A stretch of DNA of 37,341 nt, taken from assembly GCF_001194135.2 (NCBI RefSeq), contig NC_068986.1, forward strand, positions 61,790,628 through 61,827,968. The letters run 5' to 3'. The notes beneath the pieces are model-generated. The model was not told the DNA's origin, did not search any database, and saw only the letters and a list, made by a program, of their open reading frames with translations. The position numbers and the translations under genes are program-made. Of the stretch, positions 10,831 to 22,234 are shown piece by piece (the first letter of the stretch is position 1; every line of letters begins with the position of its first letter). This stretch comes from Octopus bimaculoides (taxonomy: Eukaryota).

Positions 10831-12236
10831 ATAAACCATTCTGAAAATTTTATTGACTACATACACACACAAAACATTGAACGTTTGTGGAGGGACATAA
10901 AAGAATGGATAACAAGGCCAAGTATCCAATCAAAATATTTGCATCAATACCTGACCAGATATCTATTTATTTTGTCAGGTGTGGTGTTATGAAGGCTGTG
11001 TTGTAGGGAAGGATCAGAAGTGAGGGAGTAGGCATGTCCTGTCAGAAGTGGGGCCTGTGGATCCCACCGGAAGTGCCATGGTGGACATACGGCAGTCAGT
11101 GAAGTAATGAGGGTCTGTTGGTGGCGAACAGCACATCAGAGCGGATGTGTGAGACGGTACAGTAACGGATAGTGCACGTGGATGTGGAGTGAACCTTGGA
11201 GATCAAGACAGCACGTGGATGTTAAAAGTGACCCTTTTTCCGGACCGACAGGTAAGACTACCATAATTCTCTCTTTGCTTCTGTCTTTTTTCTTCCTTTA
11301 CATCACAAGCTATTTCGGCTCAAACGAGAAAAAAGACAGAAGCGAAGAGAGAATTACAGTAGTCTTACCTGTCTGTTCGGAAATAGGGTCATTTTCAACA
11401 TCCACGTGCTGTCTCGATCTCCAAGGTTCACTCCACATCTGATCTGATGTGCTGAGTGCCGCATGTCCACCGTGACACTTCCAGTAGGATCCACAGACCC
11501 CGCTTCTGACAGGACATGCCTACTCCCTCACTTCTGATCCTTCCCTACAACACAGGAGGATAAAACCTTATTACTCTGCAATTTTTTTCAAGAGTCAGCC
11601 CAATTATATGTACCCCTCTGAGATATATATGTTAAACAGCTACTTTGTATGAAGAAAACTAATTCTCCAACCTACCCAGACAAAAATGAAACTAATTTTA
11701 GAGGGAAAACTCCGATTAAAGCGATTTTTTTTTTTTTTTTTTTTTTTTTTTTGTCCTGAAACACTCTGCAGCCTGGATTACTGATTTAAAGAGGTATGAA
11801 AAAGTTATTTTGTTTTAATATTATATTTTTTTTTTCTTTTACTTATTTCAGTCACAGGACTATAAATAAGATTCATCGACCCCCACTCCCTTGCAGCGTA
11901 TTTGGTCAGCTTTTTTCATTGCGCATGAAAACTAAAATCCCACTGAATTTAGGTTGGGAGTGGAATTTCCGAGGGTCCCCCCACCCTCGTTTTCTGGACA
12001 AAAAATGCCTTTTGTGGCATATTAGGAGGCCACCGTAATTCTTTCAATGAAAAAAAATGCATTTTCCAATGATTCCGAGAGGGGGAGGGGATTATCGAGT
12101 ACTCTCTCCCCCATTTTCCAAACAAAAATAATGGGTTTGCAGCATATTAGGAGATCAGGTTACTTCATTCCACACAAAACATCTGACGTTTTTTTTATTA
12201 GTGAACCGTGTGCAGGTGCACTTGTAAAAATTTACC
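10831..12236 (+). mobile_element. Merlin element 3' half (transposase C-terminus M4 at 10831-10968 plus 3' arm), interrupted by a 560-bp palindrome
   Basis: 46 open codons INHSENFIDYIHTQNIERLWRDIKEWITRPSIQSKYLHQYLTRYLF. The arm 11578-12236 is collinear with the reverse complement of 7914-8405 plus 6683-6858 and ends ..AAATTTACC. Confidence 0.8.
10996..11555. repeat. GC-rich near-perfect palindrome (arms 10996-11293 and 11327-11555, 33-nt loop)
   Basis: 229-nt alignable arms with mostly transition mismatches. The left arm has two extra blocks (11100-11131, 11141-11180). Confidence 0.9.
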
Positions 12237-13819
12237 AAGAGGAATAGAGGCCTAACTGGCATTTGCATGAATGGTAAGAGGGATGAGTGTCTGGAATGTT
12301 AGAGAGCTGAGAGATTATCAAAGAGGCCAGTTTAGGAATATCTAGTTCATAAGTATTTGATTATAAGTACAGACAAGATCAAAAATACTTATATAAGAAT
12401 GCCATATCGAATGAAAGAAGGATCCTATAAATGAGGCATTGGGTACTGATTGAGTTTCATATATGTGCATGAAAAATCTGAAAGACACCACAAAATCATT
12501 AGTCACCTGAAGATTTTTTTTTTAGACACTATGAAGGCGTGAAAACCATCTGCTGCTGGATCGATAAACCATATTCAATCCAGTATGAGCTCAAATTCTG
12601 CTTTAACAATCTTAGTGTGATCAGGAGCAAGTCATCCATCAGTGACAATGTGAATCACAAAATAAGTCACTACTAGATGATTCAGAAACTCAAGGTGAGT
12701 GATATTGGTACATTTGAAAAATTGCATCATGCCTGTTTGATTGTGAAAGATTCAAGAACTGAGGGCTGAGAGAAAAAGGTTTAGTACTTTAGGACTAGGA
12801 GCAGAATCAACCAGTATATGGTGTTTGACATTAAAAGGCTGATATGAGGCAAGAAATCAGCTCTGAAAACTGGAGTTGGCAATTTAGCTATTACAAAAAC
12901 CCATTGAAACATGAAACCCTCCTAAGAACAAAATCCAAAGCATCCTATTTCTTTCCAAAGGCCGAATGGTTAAGACCTGTTACTTTCTTGTTAGCTGGCA
13001 CCAGCGTAGATGGTAAGATACCTCTTCTCCAGTGTTCACAAGAAAATGAGTACCAGTCAGTTGGTCACTGATTTATAAAAGGGTGTTTAGGTTAGAGGAG
13101 TCAGTACTTCCTTACAAAAAGGAATAAGGTGCCAAACACTTATGGGGTATCTTAAATTAAATATGAAGTGGTACCAACAGATCTAAACAGCTGTTTAAAT
13201 GATGTTCAAAATCATTGGTAACCCACATGCTGAGATGAACTACTGTCAAAGCAGGACTATCCCACATTATTAGGGCAAGTGTAGAGAAAAGAACATGAAA
13301 AAGAAAATAGCTGGTGATGAGAGTCCTGCGAGAATCATTGTGGGGAAAAGTGTTGGGATTATAGAAGGTAACCCAGAGAGGTTCATGTAGTGGAGAACAA
13401 CAATGAGAGAAAAAAAGAGGCAAAGAGGAAGTGATGGATGTTAGTGAGTGAGTGAGAGAGAATCACAATTGATGAAATGAGAGATGATTAATAGGGTGAT
13501 GATTGAGGTGAGCAGGGAAATGGATAGAGGAAGGGTAGAGTGATGAGTAGAGACCAATATAGTTTCTCATACATAGGCCTGATGAAGGATGGTGGGGATC
13601 AGGAAAAGTGTTGAGGGGTGGTATGTAGGGCAGTCATCTATTGTTTGTGAACTTTGTAGATGGCGAGGTGGTGGAAATAAGAGATAGTGTCATATAAGTA
13701 ACAAAGAGATGAGGTGGTTGAAGTAAATGGAAAGGTGAGTGAAAGAAGGAAGGTGATAAGGGTGGAAAAAGTGGCAGCAAATATGGGTTTGGGAGGATAC
13801 AAATGTATGCATGTCCACA

Positions 13820-14636
13820 CACATGCTTATCCAAATACACTCACATGTATGTCTTCATCCCAGTCCTTTCCCATCTTCTCTGTAGGGCACAAGATCTTGA
13901 AATCAACCTTCACTACTTTATTCCATATCTTTGTGGATATCCCCCTTCCACAAGTTCCATCCACATTTAGTGATCAGCACTTCTTTATACAGCTGTTCTC
14001 ATCCATATGCATTACATAACCATACTACTACAGCCTTCTCTTGCACACTACATCTAATTCCGCTTATTCTCAAATTTTCTATCAAAACGTTTGCACTTTT
14101 TCATAATGACACACTGTATTGCACATCCAACAGAGCATATTGCCTTCGTTCCTATTTAATCTTCACATGTTTTCTGCATTCACAGCCTAAGTTTCACAAC
14201 TATGTAGCACTGCTGTTCATATGCAAGCATCAAACAATCTGCTTTTCACTCGCAGAGAGAAAGACCTTTTGTTGGTAACTGAACTTTCTCCATCCTATTC
14301 TTATTCTAGCAACTACACTTTCAGAACATCCTTCTCCACTACTAATTAGGTCACCTTAGTAACAGGATCTGTCTACTATCTCTAGGGAGCCTCATTGGCA
14401 TTCAAGCAAATCTATTTCTCTTGTGTTCCTAATGTTTATTGCATGTCACATACAAAGTCTACTTTCTCTGTTGATTTTCCTGTGATTCCACTGCATGTCT
14501 TGTGTGTCCATTGCTTGCACTGAGTACACCATATCGAATTTCTATCATTTTTTTCCTACATATCAAGTGAGGCCATTTTCCTGTAGAGAGTACAGTCCTG
14601 TCTGTTTTTCTGCTTACTAGAACTTTGCTCTTTAGT
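13820..14636 (-). mobile_element. Diverged RTE-clade LINE 3' coding fragment
   Basis: Minus translation TKSKVLVS..GKWP..SIWCTQCKQWTHKTCSGITGK...GDLISSGEGCSESVVARIRIGWRKF, homologous to 20160-20600. Confidence 0.8.
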
Positions 14637-14640
14637 AACT

Positions 14641-16173
14641 ACTAGCAGAGATACCCAGTGTTGCCCATGTTACATGCAATTGAAGAATGAGACTTTTCTG
14701 TTATATTTTCTGTAAGGAACTGGAATACATATGATTCGAATTTCATCAAAATTGCACATGAGGGTTCTTTCCCTCTTTACACACCCTAAAAAAATTCTAA
14801 TCATGAGACATGTATCCCATACTATTGATCTTTATGCGCATATTCCAAAATTTCAGTCTTCTGGAACCTGTAAAAAGGATTTTGCTCCTGAAAAATGGAA
14901 CTCATGGAGCTGAAAAATGGAGCTCATGGAGCTGAAAAATGTGGGAGTTAAGGCCCCTATTGGAGATGGGTGTGTTAATGTCAACCNNNNNNNNNNNNNN
15001 NNNNNNNNNNNNNNNNNNNNNNNNNNNNNNNNNNNNNNNNNNNNNNNNNNNNNNNNNNNNNNNNNNNNNNNNNNNNNNNNNNNNNNNNNNNNNNNNNNNN
15101 NNNNNNNNNNNNNNNNNNNNNNNNNNNNNNNNNNNNNNNNNNNNNNNNNNNNNNNNNNNNNNNNNNNNNNNNNNNNNNNNNNNNNNNNNNNNNNNNNNNN
15201 NNNNNNNNNNNNNNNNNNNNNNNNNNNNNNNNNNNNNNNNNNNNNNNNNNNNNNNNNNNNNNNNNNNNNNNNNNNNNNNNNNNNNNNNNNNNNNNNNNNN
15301 NNNNNNNNNNNNNNNNNNNNNNNNNNNNNNNNNNNNNNNNNNNNNNNNNNNNNNNNNNNNNNNNNNNNNNNNNNNNNNNNNNNNNNNNNNNNNNNNNNNN
15401 NNNNNNNNNNNNNNNNNNNNNNNNNNNNNNNNNNNNNNNNNNNNNNNNNNNNNNNNNNNNNNNNNNNNNNNNNNNNNNNNNNNNNNNNNNNNNNNNNNNN
15501 NNNNNNNNNNNNNNNNNNNNNNNNNNNNNNNNNNNNNNNNNNNNNNNNNNNNNNNNNNNNNNNNNNNNNNNNNNNNGTTCGGGTGCCCCTATAGCTTCCA
15601 ATGGTACAACTGTATTCGTCTTTGCTTAGGAAAAATGACTAAATTGTGGGTTTGAAGTCCCCATGAAGGGGTCTTTGTAACTTCTAAGAAGAAGAAATTT
15701 TAGAAAGATTACTTTATTTATGTGTAATATGTATGGTTAAAATTTCATCAACATCAAAAGTATATGAATTTTCATGGGGTTATGGCCGTTATGCATAGAA
15801 TAGAATTTCCAAATTTCATAAAGATCCATTCAGTACTTTTGATGTAATTTTGGATAAAAAAACAAATGACTAATGTGTGTGTTTGTGTGCATGTGTATGC
15901 GTGTATATATGTATAGATATCTGTATGCATGTATATATGTGTACATATTACATGTACATCTATATATATACATCTACACATATGTATACATATACATGTA
16001 TGCATATAGATCTATATCTGTATATATATCTATACATATACGTGTACATATACATCTATATGTATACATATACATCTCTCTCTCTATATATATATATACA
16101 TCTACATATATATATATACATTTAAATTCAATAATAGGATGAATTCTTTTATGAGAATTCATCAAGTAGCTAA
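14641..16173 (+). mobile_element. Possible non-autonomous Helitron/Helentron-like (HINE/DINE-1-type) element
   Basis: Starts ACTAGCAGAGATACCCAGTGTTGCCC, has an AAATTTCATAAAGATCCATTCAGTAC block before an internal microsatellite, and ends with a perfect 10-bp stem-loop (16138-16163) followed by CTAA. The architecture fits HINEs; boundaries are inferred. Confidence 0.4.
15873..16121. repeat. Compound (TG)/(TA)/(TACA) microsatellite
   Basis: Directly visible low-complexity RY repeat. Confidence 0.9.
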
Positions 16174-16221
16174 CGTGAAAAAAACCTCATAAGGGAAAAA
16201 ATCCATCATTTATTCCCCAAA

Positions 16222-16575
16222 ATATATTTATTTATATAAGGGCATTACTATATAAGAATGCCTCACGCTAAGAGGGACTCTAAGGTCAAACTACCATAAT
16301 AAACACATTTTTACCGAACGCGAGGAAATGCAACTCTCAAAGCTAGCCCCTTAAAAACAGACTGAATTATAGATCATGATTTTGTAGATGTTGTATAATA
16401 CTACAATAACAATGAAATCATGATCTATAATTCAGTCTGTTTTTAAGGGGCTAGCTTTGAGAGTTGCATTTCCTCGCGTTCGGTAAAAATGTGTTCATTA
16501 TGGTAATTTGACCTTAGAGTCCCTCTTAGCGTGAGGCATTCTTATATAGTAATGCCCTTATGTAAATAAATATAT
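16222..16575. mobile_element. Palindromic MITE-like element (161-bp arms, 32-nt loop)
   Basis: 16222-16382 versus 16415-16575: no indels, 3 mismatches. Embedded in TA-rich sequence. Confidence 0.88.
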
Positions 16576-17010
16576 ATATATACATGTGTATATATACATG
16601 TATATGTATACATTTGTGCAGATATATATATNNNNNNNNNNCTTATGTAAATAAATATATATATATACATGTGTATATATACATGTATATGTATACATTT
16701 GTGCAGATATATATATGCATGTATGTATGTATATATGTATGTATGCCTGTATATATGTGAGAGTATAGTTTCACTGTAGTAGATTCAGTATGAAAATGAA
16801 ACCATTACAGTGAAAATATCTGTCATTACAGTATCGAAATGTGATTGTTTCAGTTAGTGGAAACGGTTCATTTTTAAAGTGAAAGTATTTGACATGAGTG
16901 TTTTTGTTTCACTTTTGACAAGTAATACTTAAATAGTGGAGGAGATATGATGTTGCTGTGGGCTCGAACTATCCAAGAAGTTAAAAATTTCTTTTTGACT
17001 AAAACACAAC

Positions 17011-17290
17011 TGAGAAGACCTGGCAAGACAGGTGAGACCATAACCCGTGGCCTTTACCAGGGGTGTAGCCAGCCCACTTATGCGTACCTTTCCTTCTTTG
17101 GACACTAAACTCTGCTTGCGAAGACCTGTTGAGGCAAGTGAAATCGAAATCAAACTAAATTCGACAACTGGCACCCATGCCAACCTTCCTTCATTGGATA
17201 CTAAACTCGGCTTGCGAAGACCTGTTGGGGCAAGTGAAATCGAAATTGAACCAAATTCGATGACTGGCACCTGTATCAGTGGAGCACTAA
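17011..17290 (+). mobile_element. Isolated RTE 3'-UTR fragment with a 96-nt tandem unit
   Basis: Matches 20660-20900 of the adjacent RTE. The unit starts CCTTC(T/A)TTGG at 17092 and 17188. Confidence 0.75.
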
Positions 17291-17714
17291 CAGCACTATC
17301 TGAGCACAATCATTGCCAGAGCAGCTGTCTGGCTTCCGTGCCTCTTGTACAGTCACTAGAACTGCCAGATCACATGATTTCACCCTGCTATAGATTCCTC
17401 AAATACAGAGTTCCAGTAGCAACATAACTACTGAATTTCCCATCGACAATATATTCATGCACTGGTGTTGCGAATAGCCAGTGGGCTTATTAAAAAGTAA
17501 GTAATAGCAACAGAAGTATTAAATCCATAAGATAATCTTGATCTCCAACTTAACATAGAGTCTGTGTTAGAACACTGAATATTACATTATTTACCTTGAG
17601 AGGATCTTATGTTCTAACACAACCTCTGATAGAATTCCCTGCAAAATATTAGTGTAGTGGATGCAGGTTGAAATGAATACTACTGATTGTTTATGAATTC
17701 TGCAAAATGCGAGC

Positions 17715-20700
17715 TCTCTTTTCAGGTACATGACGCGGCCGTTCCCCACCCCAGGGTCTCACGGGCCCATACCTCCCACACTCTCAACGTCGGCACACTG
17801 AAAGGTAGGTCTGGTCAGATTGTTAAGATGCTTGAGCGGAGATGTGTCGATATCTGCTGATTCGAGAAGTAAGGTGGAGAGGCGGTTCCGCTAGGTTCCT
17901 CACAGGCAAAGAACACAGGTACAAGATTTTCTGGGCAGGGAACACAGACGGGGTTGGGGGCGTGGGTATACTTCTTGCAGAGAAATGGGTGGATAAGGTA
18001 ATCAAAGTAGCCAGAGTATGCGATAGAATANNNNNNNNNNNNNNNNNNNNNNNNNNNNNNNNNNNNNNNNNNNNNNNNNNNNNNNNNNNNNNNNNNNNNN
18101 NNNNNNNNNNNNNNNNNNNNNNNNNNNNNNNNNNNNNNNNNNNNNNNNNNNNNNNNNNNNNNNNNNNNNNNNNNNNNNNNNNNNNNNNNNNNNNNNNNNN
18201 NNNNNNNNNNNNNNNNNNNNNNNNNNNNNNNNNNNNNNNNNNNNNNNNNNNNNNNNNNNNNNNNNNNNNNNNNNNNNNNNNNNNNNNNNNNNNNNNNNNN
18301 NNNNNNNNNNNNNNNNNNNNNNNNNNNNNNNNNNNNNNNNNNNNNNNNNNNNNNNNNNNNNNNNNNNNNNNNNNNNNNNNNNNNNNNNNNNNNNNNNNNN
18401 NNNNNNNNNNNNNNNNNNNNNNNNNNNNNNNNNNNNNNNNNNNNNNNNNNNNNNNNNNNNNNNNNNNNNNNNNNNNNNNNNNNNNNNNNNNNNNNNNNNN
18501 NNNNNNNNNNNNNNNNNNNNNNNNNNNNNNNNNNNNNNNNNNNNNNNNNNNNNNNNNNNNNNNNNNNNNNNNNNNNNNNNNNNNNNNNNNNNNNNNNNNN
18601 NNNNNNNNNNNNNNNNNNNNNNNNNNNNNNNNNNNNNNNNNNNNNNNNNNNNNNNNNNNNNNNNNNNNNNNNNNNNNNNNNNNNNNNNNNNNNNNNNNNN
18701 NNNNNNNNNNNNNNNNNNNNNNNNNNNNNNNNNNNNNNNNNNNNNNNNNNNNNNNNNNNNNNNNNNNNNNNNNNNNNNNNNNNNNNNNNNNNNNNNNNNN
18801 NNNNNNNNNNNNNNNNNNNNNNNNNNNNNNNNNNNNNNNNNNNNNNNNNNAAAGAGAGAGGTTTGGAGACGCCACTATGAAAAGTTGCTCAATAAAGAAA
18901 ATGAATGGGAGAAAGAGTCTGCCGAATGTCGACCCAACAGAGGGACCAGCTATCCAAGTTGACAATACCATGGTAAATAAAGCAATTAAGAGTATGAAGA
19001 CAGGGAAAGCCCCCTGGCCCATCAGGAATCAATGCAGAGATGCTCAAAATATCTGGTAGTGTCGGCTATAGCCTAGTCACCCGTATTGTTAACCAGGTGA
19101 TACACGAAGGAGTCATACCCAATGACTGGTGTAGCAGCACCATAGTCAACTGCTACAAAGGTAAAGGTGACGCTTTAGATACAAATAATTACAGAGGTAT
19201 CAAGTTGTTAGATCAGGTAATGAGAGTCAAAGAGAGGGTCATAGCCCAACTAGTTAAGGAGAGAGTCAGTTTAGATGAGATGCAGTTTGGGTTTGTGCCA
19301 GGGAAAAGCACCACTGATGCTATATTTTTGGTAAAACAGCTGCAGGAGAAATACCTAGCCAAAGATAAACCTCTGTACCTGGCTTTCGTTGACATGGAGA
19401 AAGCCTTTGACAGGGTCCCCCATTCCCTTATCTGGTGGTCAATGAGGAAACTTGGGATANNNNNNNNNNNNNNNNNNNNNNNNNNNNNNNNNNNNNNNNN
19501 NNNNNNNNNNNNNNNNNNNNNNNNNNNNNNNNNNNNNNNNNNNNNNNNNNNNNNNNNNNNNNNNNNNNNNNNNNNNNNNNNNNNNNNNNNNNNNNNNNNN
19601 NNNNNNNNNNNNNNNNNNNNNNNNNNNNNNNNNNNNNNNNNNNNNNNNNNNNNNNNNNNNNNNNNNNNNNNNNNNNNNNNNNNNNNNNNNNNNNNNNNNN
19701 NNNNNNNNNNNNNNNNNNNNNNNNNNNNNNNNNNNNNNNNNNNNNNNNNNNNNNNNNNNNNNNNNNNNNNNNNNNNNNNNNNNNNNNNNNNNNNNNNNNN
19801 NNNNNNNNNNNNNNNNNNNNNNNNNNNNNNNNNNNNNNNNNNNNNNNNNNNNNNNNNNNNNNNNNNNNNNNNNNNNNNNNNNNNNNNNNNNNNNNNNNNN
19901 NNNNNNNNNNNNNNNNNNNNNNNNNNNNNNNNNNNNNNNNNNNNNNNNNNNNNNNNNNNNNNNNNNNNNNNNNNNNNNNNNNNNNNNNNNNNNNNNNNNN
20001 NNNNNNNNNNNNNNNNNNNNNNNNNNNNNNNNNNNNNNNNNNNNNNNNNNNNNNNNNNNNNNNNNNATAAACACTGAAAATGTGCAGAAAACAACTTTGG
20101 CCACATTCCAGGGAGAAAAACTAGACTTAGTTGATAGCTTCCGCTATCTAGGTGACCAAGTTAGTAGTGAGGGAGGGTGCGCTGAAAGTGTAGCTGCTAG
20201 AATAAGAATAGCCTGGGCAAAGTTCAGAGAGCTCTTACCTCTCTCTGCTGGTGACAAAGGGACTCTCACTCAGAGTAAAAGGCAGACTGTATGATGCATG
20301 TGTACGAACAGCCATGTTACATGGCAGTGAAACATGAGCCTTGACTGCTGAGGACGTGTAGGCTCACAAGGAATGAAGTCAGTATGCTCTGATGGATGTG
20401 TAATGTCAGTGTGCGTACTAGACTGAGTGTAAGTACCTTGAGAGAAAAGTTGAACCTAAGAGAAAGACGATTGCGCTGTTATGGTCATGTGGCAAGGATA
20501 GCTGTGTGAAAAAGTGCCACACCCTAGCAGTTGAGGGAACCCGTGGAAGAGGTAGGCCCAGGAAGACCTGGGATGAGGTGGTGAGGCATGACCTCCGAAC
20601 ATTGGACCTCACCGAGGCGATGGTTTCTGACCGAGACCTTTAGAAATATGCTGTGTGTGAGAAGACCCGGCAAGCCAAGTGAGACCTAAATCCAAGGCCC

Positions 20701-21202
20701 CTGCCAGGGGTGTAGCCAGCCCACTTATGCATACCTTCCTTCATTGGACACTTAACTCCGCTTGCAAAGACCTGTTGAGGCAAGTGAAATTGAAATCGAA
20801 CTAAATTCGACGACTGGCCCCCATGCCAACATCGTCTCCTTCATTGGACACTAAACTTGGCTTGCGACGACCTGTTGGGGCAAGCGAAATCATGATGGCA
20901 CCTGTAAAGACATTCGAGTGAGAGTGTTGCCAGTGCCGCTGGACTGGCTCCTGTGCAAGTGGCACGTAAAATACACCATTTTGAGCGTGGCTGTTGCCAG
21001 TACCACCTGACTGGCCTTCATGCCAGTGACACGTAAAAGCATGCACTACACTCTCGGAGTGGTTGGCATTAGGAAGGACATCCAGCTGTAGAAACTCTGC
21101 CAAATCAGATTGGAGCCTGGTGTAGCCATCTGGTTCACCAGTCCTCAGTCAAATCATCCAACCCATGCTAGCATGGAAAGCGGACGTTTAATCGATGATG
21201 AT
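17715..21202 (+). mobile_element. RTE-clade non-LTR retrotransposon (APE + RT), frameshifted, with 3' UTR and (GAT)n tail
   Basis: APE LNVGTLKGRSG..EVRWRG..GVGILL. RT NYRGIKLL..QFGFVPGKSTTDAIF..AFVDMEKAFDRVP. C-terminal DSFRYLGDQ..ARIRIAWAKFRELLP. Tail GCGGACGTTTAATCGATGATGAT. Confidence 0.92.
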
Positions 21203-21239
21203 TCATTTTTTACAATGCTCTTACATCTATTTGATAGAC

Positions 21240-22020
21240 TTGCAAGGTCCCTATTCCAAAATTGACTTGTCCGTGATGAAAAATACTCCTCCAGTACTGT
21301 TCTGACTCAATTCGCTGCTGCCCTCCACTCTTCCAGGCCCGTTTCTTTGCTCTAATGGCCCTATCTACAGAATTGTTCCACCACCATGTTACCCTAGGTC
21401 TTGCACCAGCCACAGATTTGGTCTGTGGCACTTAGCAAGCTATCCCACAGGAATTCTCAGTTGCCCTATATGTCACAAGTTTGTAGGTGCTCCTCTCTCT
21501 CATCAAATTTCTCAATTAGGGTTTCCTTAAATCTCTGACTTTACAAAGGGTCCTTAAGCTTCCAAATCCTTCTTTTCCAGATTGGTCTGCCTCTTAGCAT
21601 CATTCTGACCTGGAGTTTAAAGTCGTTAGTGACTAGTCTATGCTTTGGGGGGGGGGGGGTATATTCTTCACCAGGGAGAGTCTTTGCATTTAAGAGCAAC
21701 CATGCATCCCCCTGTCTGGTGAGAATGAAATCTATTTGGCTAGCAGAGTTACCTGATTGGTAGATTATCAGGTGGTTGGCTGGCTTACTGAAGTTGGTGT
21801 TGCAGATCAAAAGGTTATTCGCATCACAGAACTCCAGTAGCTTTGTTCCCTCTTCATTTCAGGAACCAATTCCATAGCCCCCACGAACACCATGGTAGAT
21901 ACTGGTATCTACCATGCCATTCGACATGCCCATTGAAATCCCCAGCCACAAAGATGAGATCATGTCCCATATTTGATCATTTTGTCCCGTCCTGTACTGA
22001 CCTTTCAGGAACACCCCAAA
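21240..22020 (-). mobile_element. RTE-clade LINE endonuclease-region fragment
   Basis: Minus translation VAGDFNGHV, ICNTNFSKPANHLIIY..SQIDFIL, HRLV, RPRVTWWWN..AIRAKKRAWK. Confidence 0.85.
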
Positions 22021-22234
22021 TGTCCTGTATTTAGTTCATTTTCAAATTTTGTAACTTTATAAATAGTTATGCTTTCTTTTTTCATATTCTCTTGATAAAA
22101 ATAACCTAAATGCAATGAGGAAACTAGTGCTGCAAAACAACCATGTTTGTAACTTGATACTATCAACAAGGTGTGTTATTACTACTTGCCACAGCCCACT
22201 TTTTTTCTAAAAAAACTAATCTATCCATCCCCAG

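Noticed and set aside
6675-12244. Composite transposon that inserted as a single unit
   Set aside because: The flanks TTATTATG and AAGAGGAA are not a target-site duplication. Kept only as a structural observation.
12526-12694. Exon candidate (T10AG|..AAG|GTGAGT)
   Set aside because: All three frames contain stops and no homology is recognisable. It could be non-coding, but there is no support.
13157-13840. Short ORFs and purine-rich tract; faint RTE C-terminal resemblance near 13230-13380
   Set aside because: Too degraded to support a call.
15772-16165. ORFs rich in Y, I, M, C and H
   Set aside because: These are translations of the microsatellite.
16557-16716. 75-nt direct duplication on either side of a 10-N gap
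   Set aside because: Typical unmerged contig overlap, so most likely an assembly artefact.
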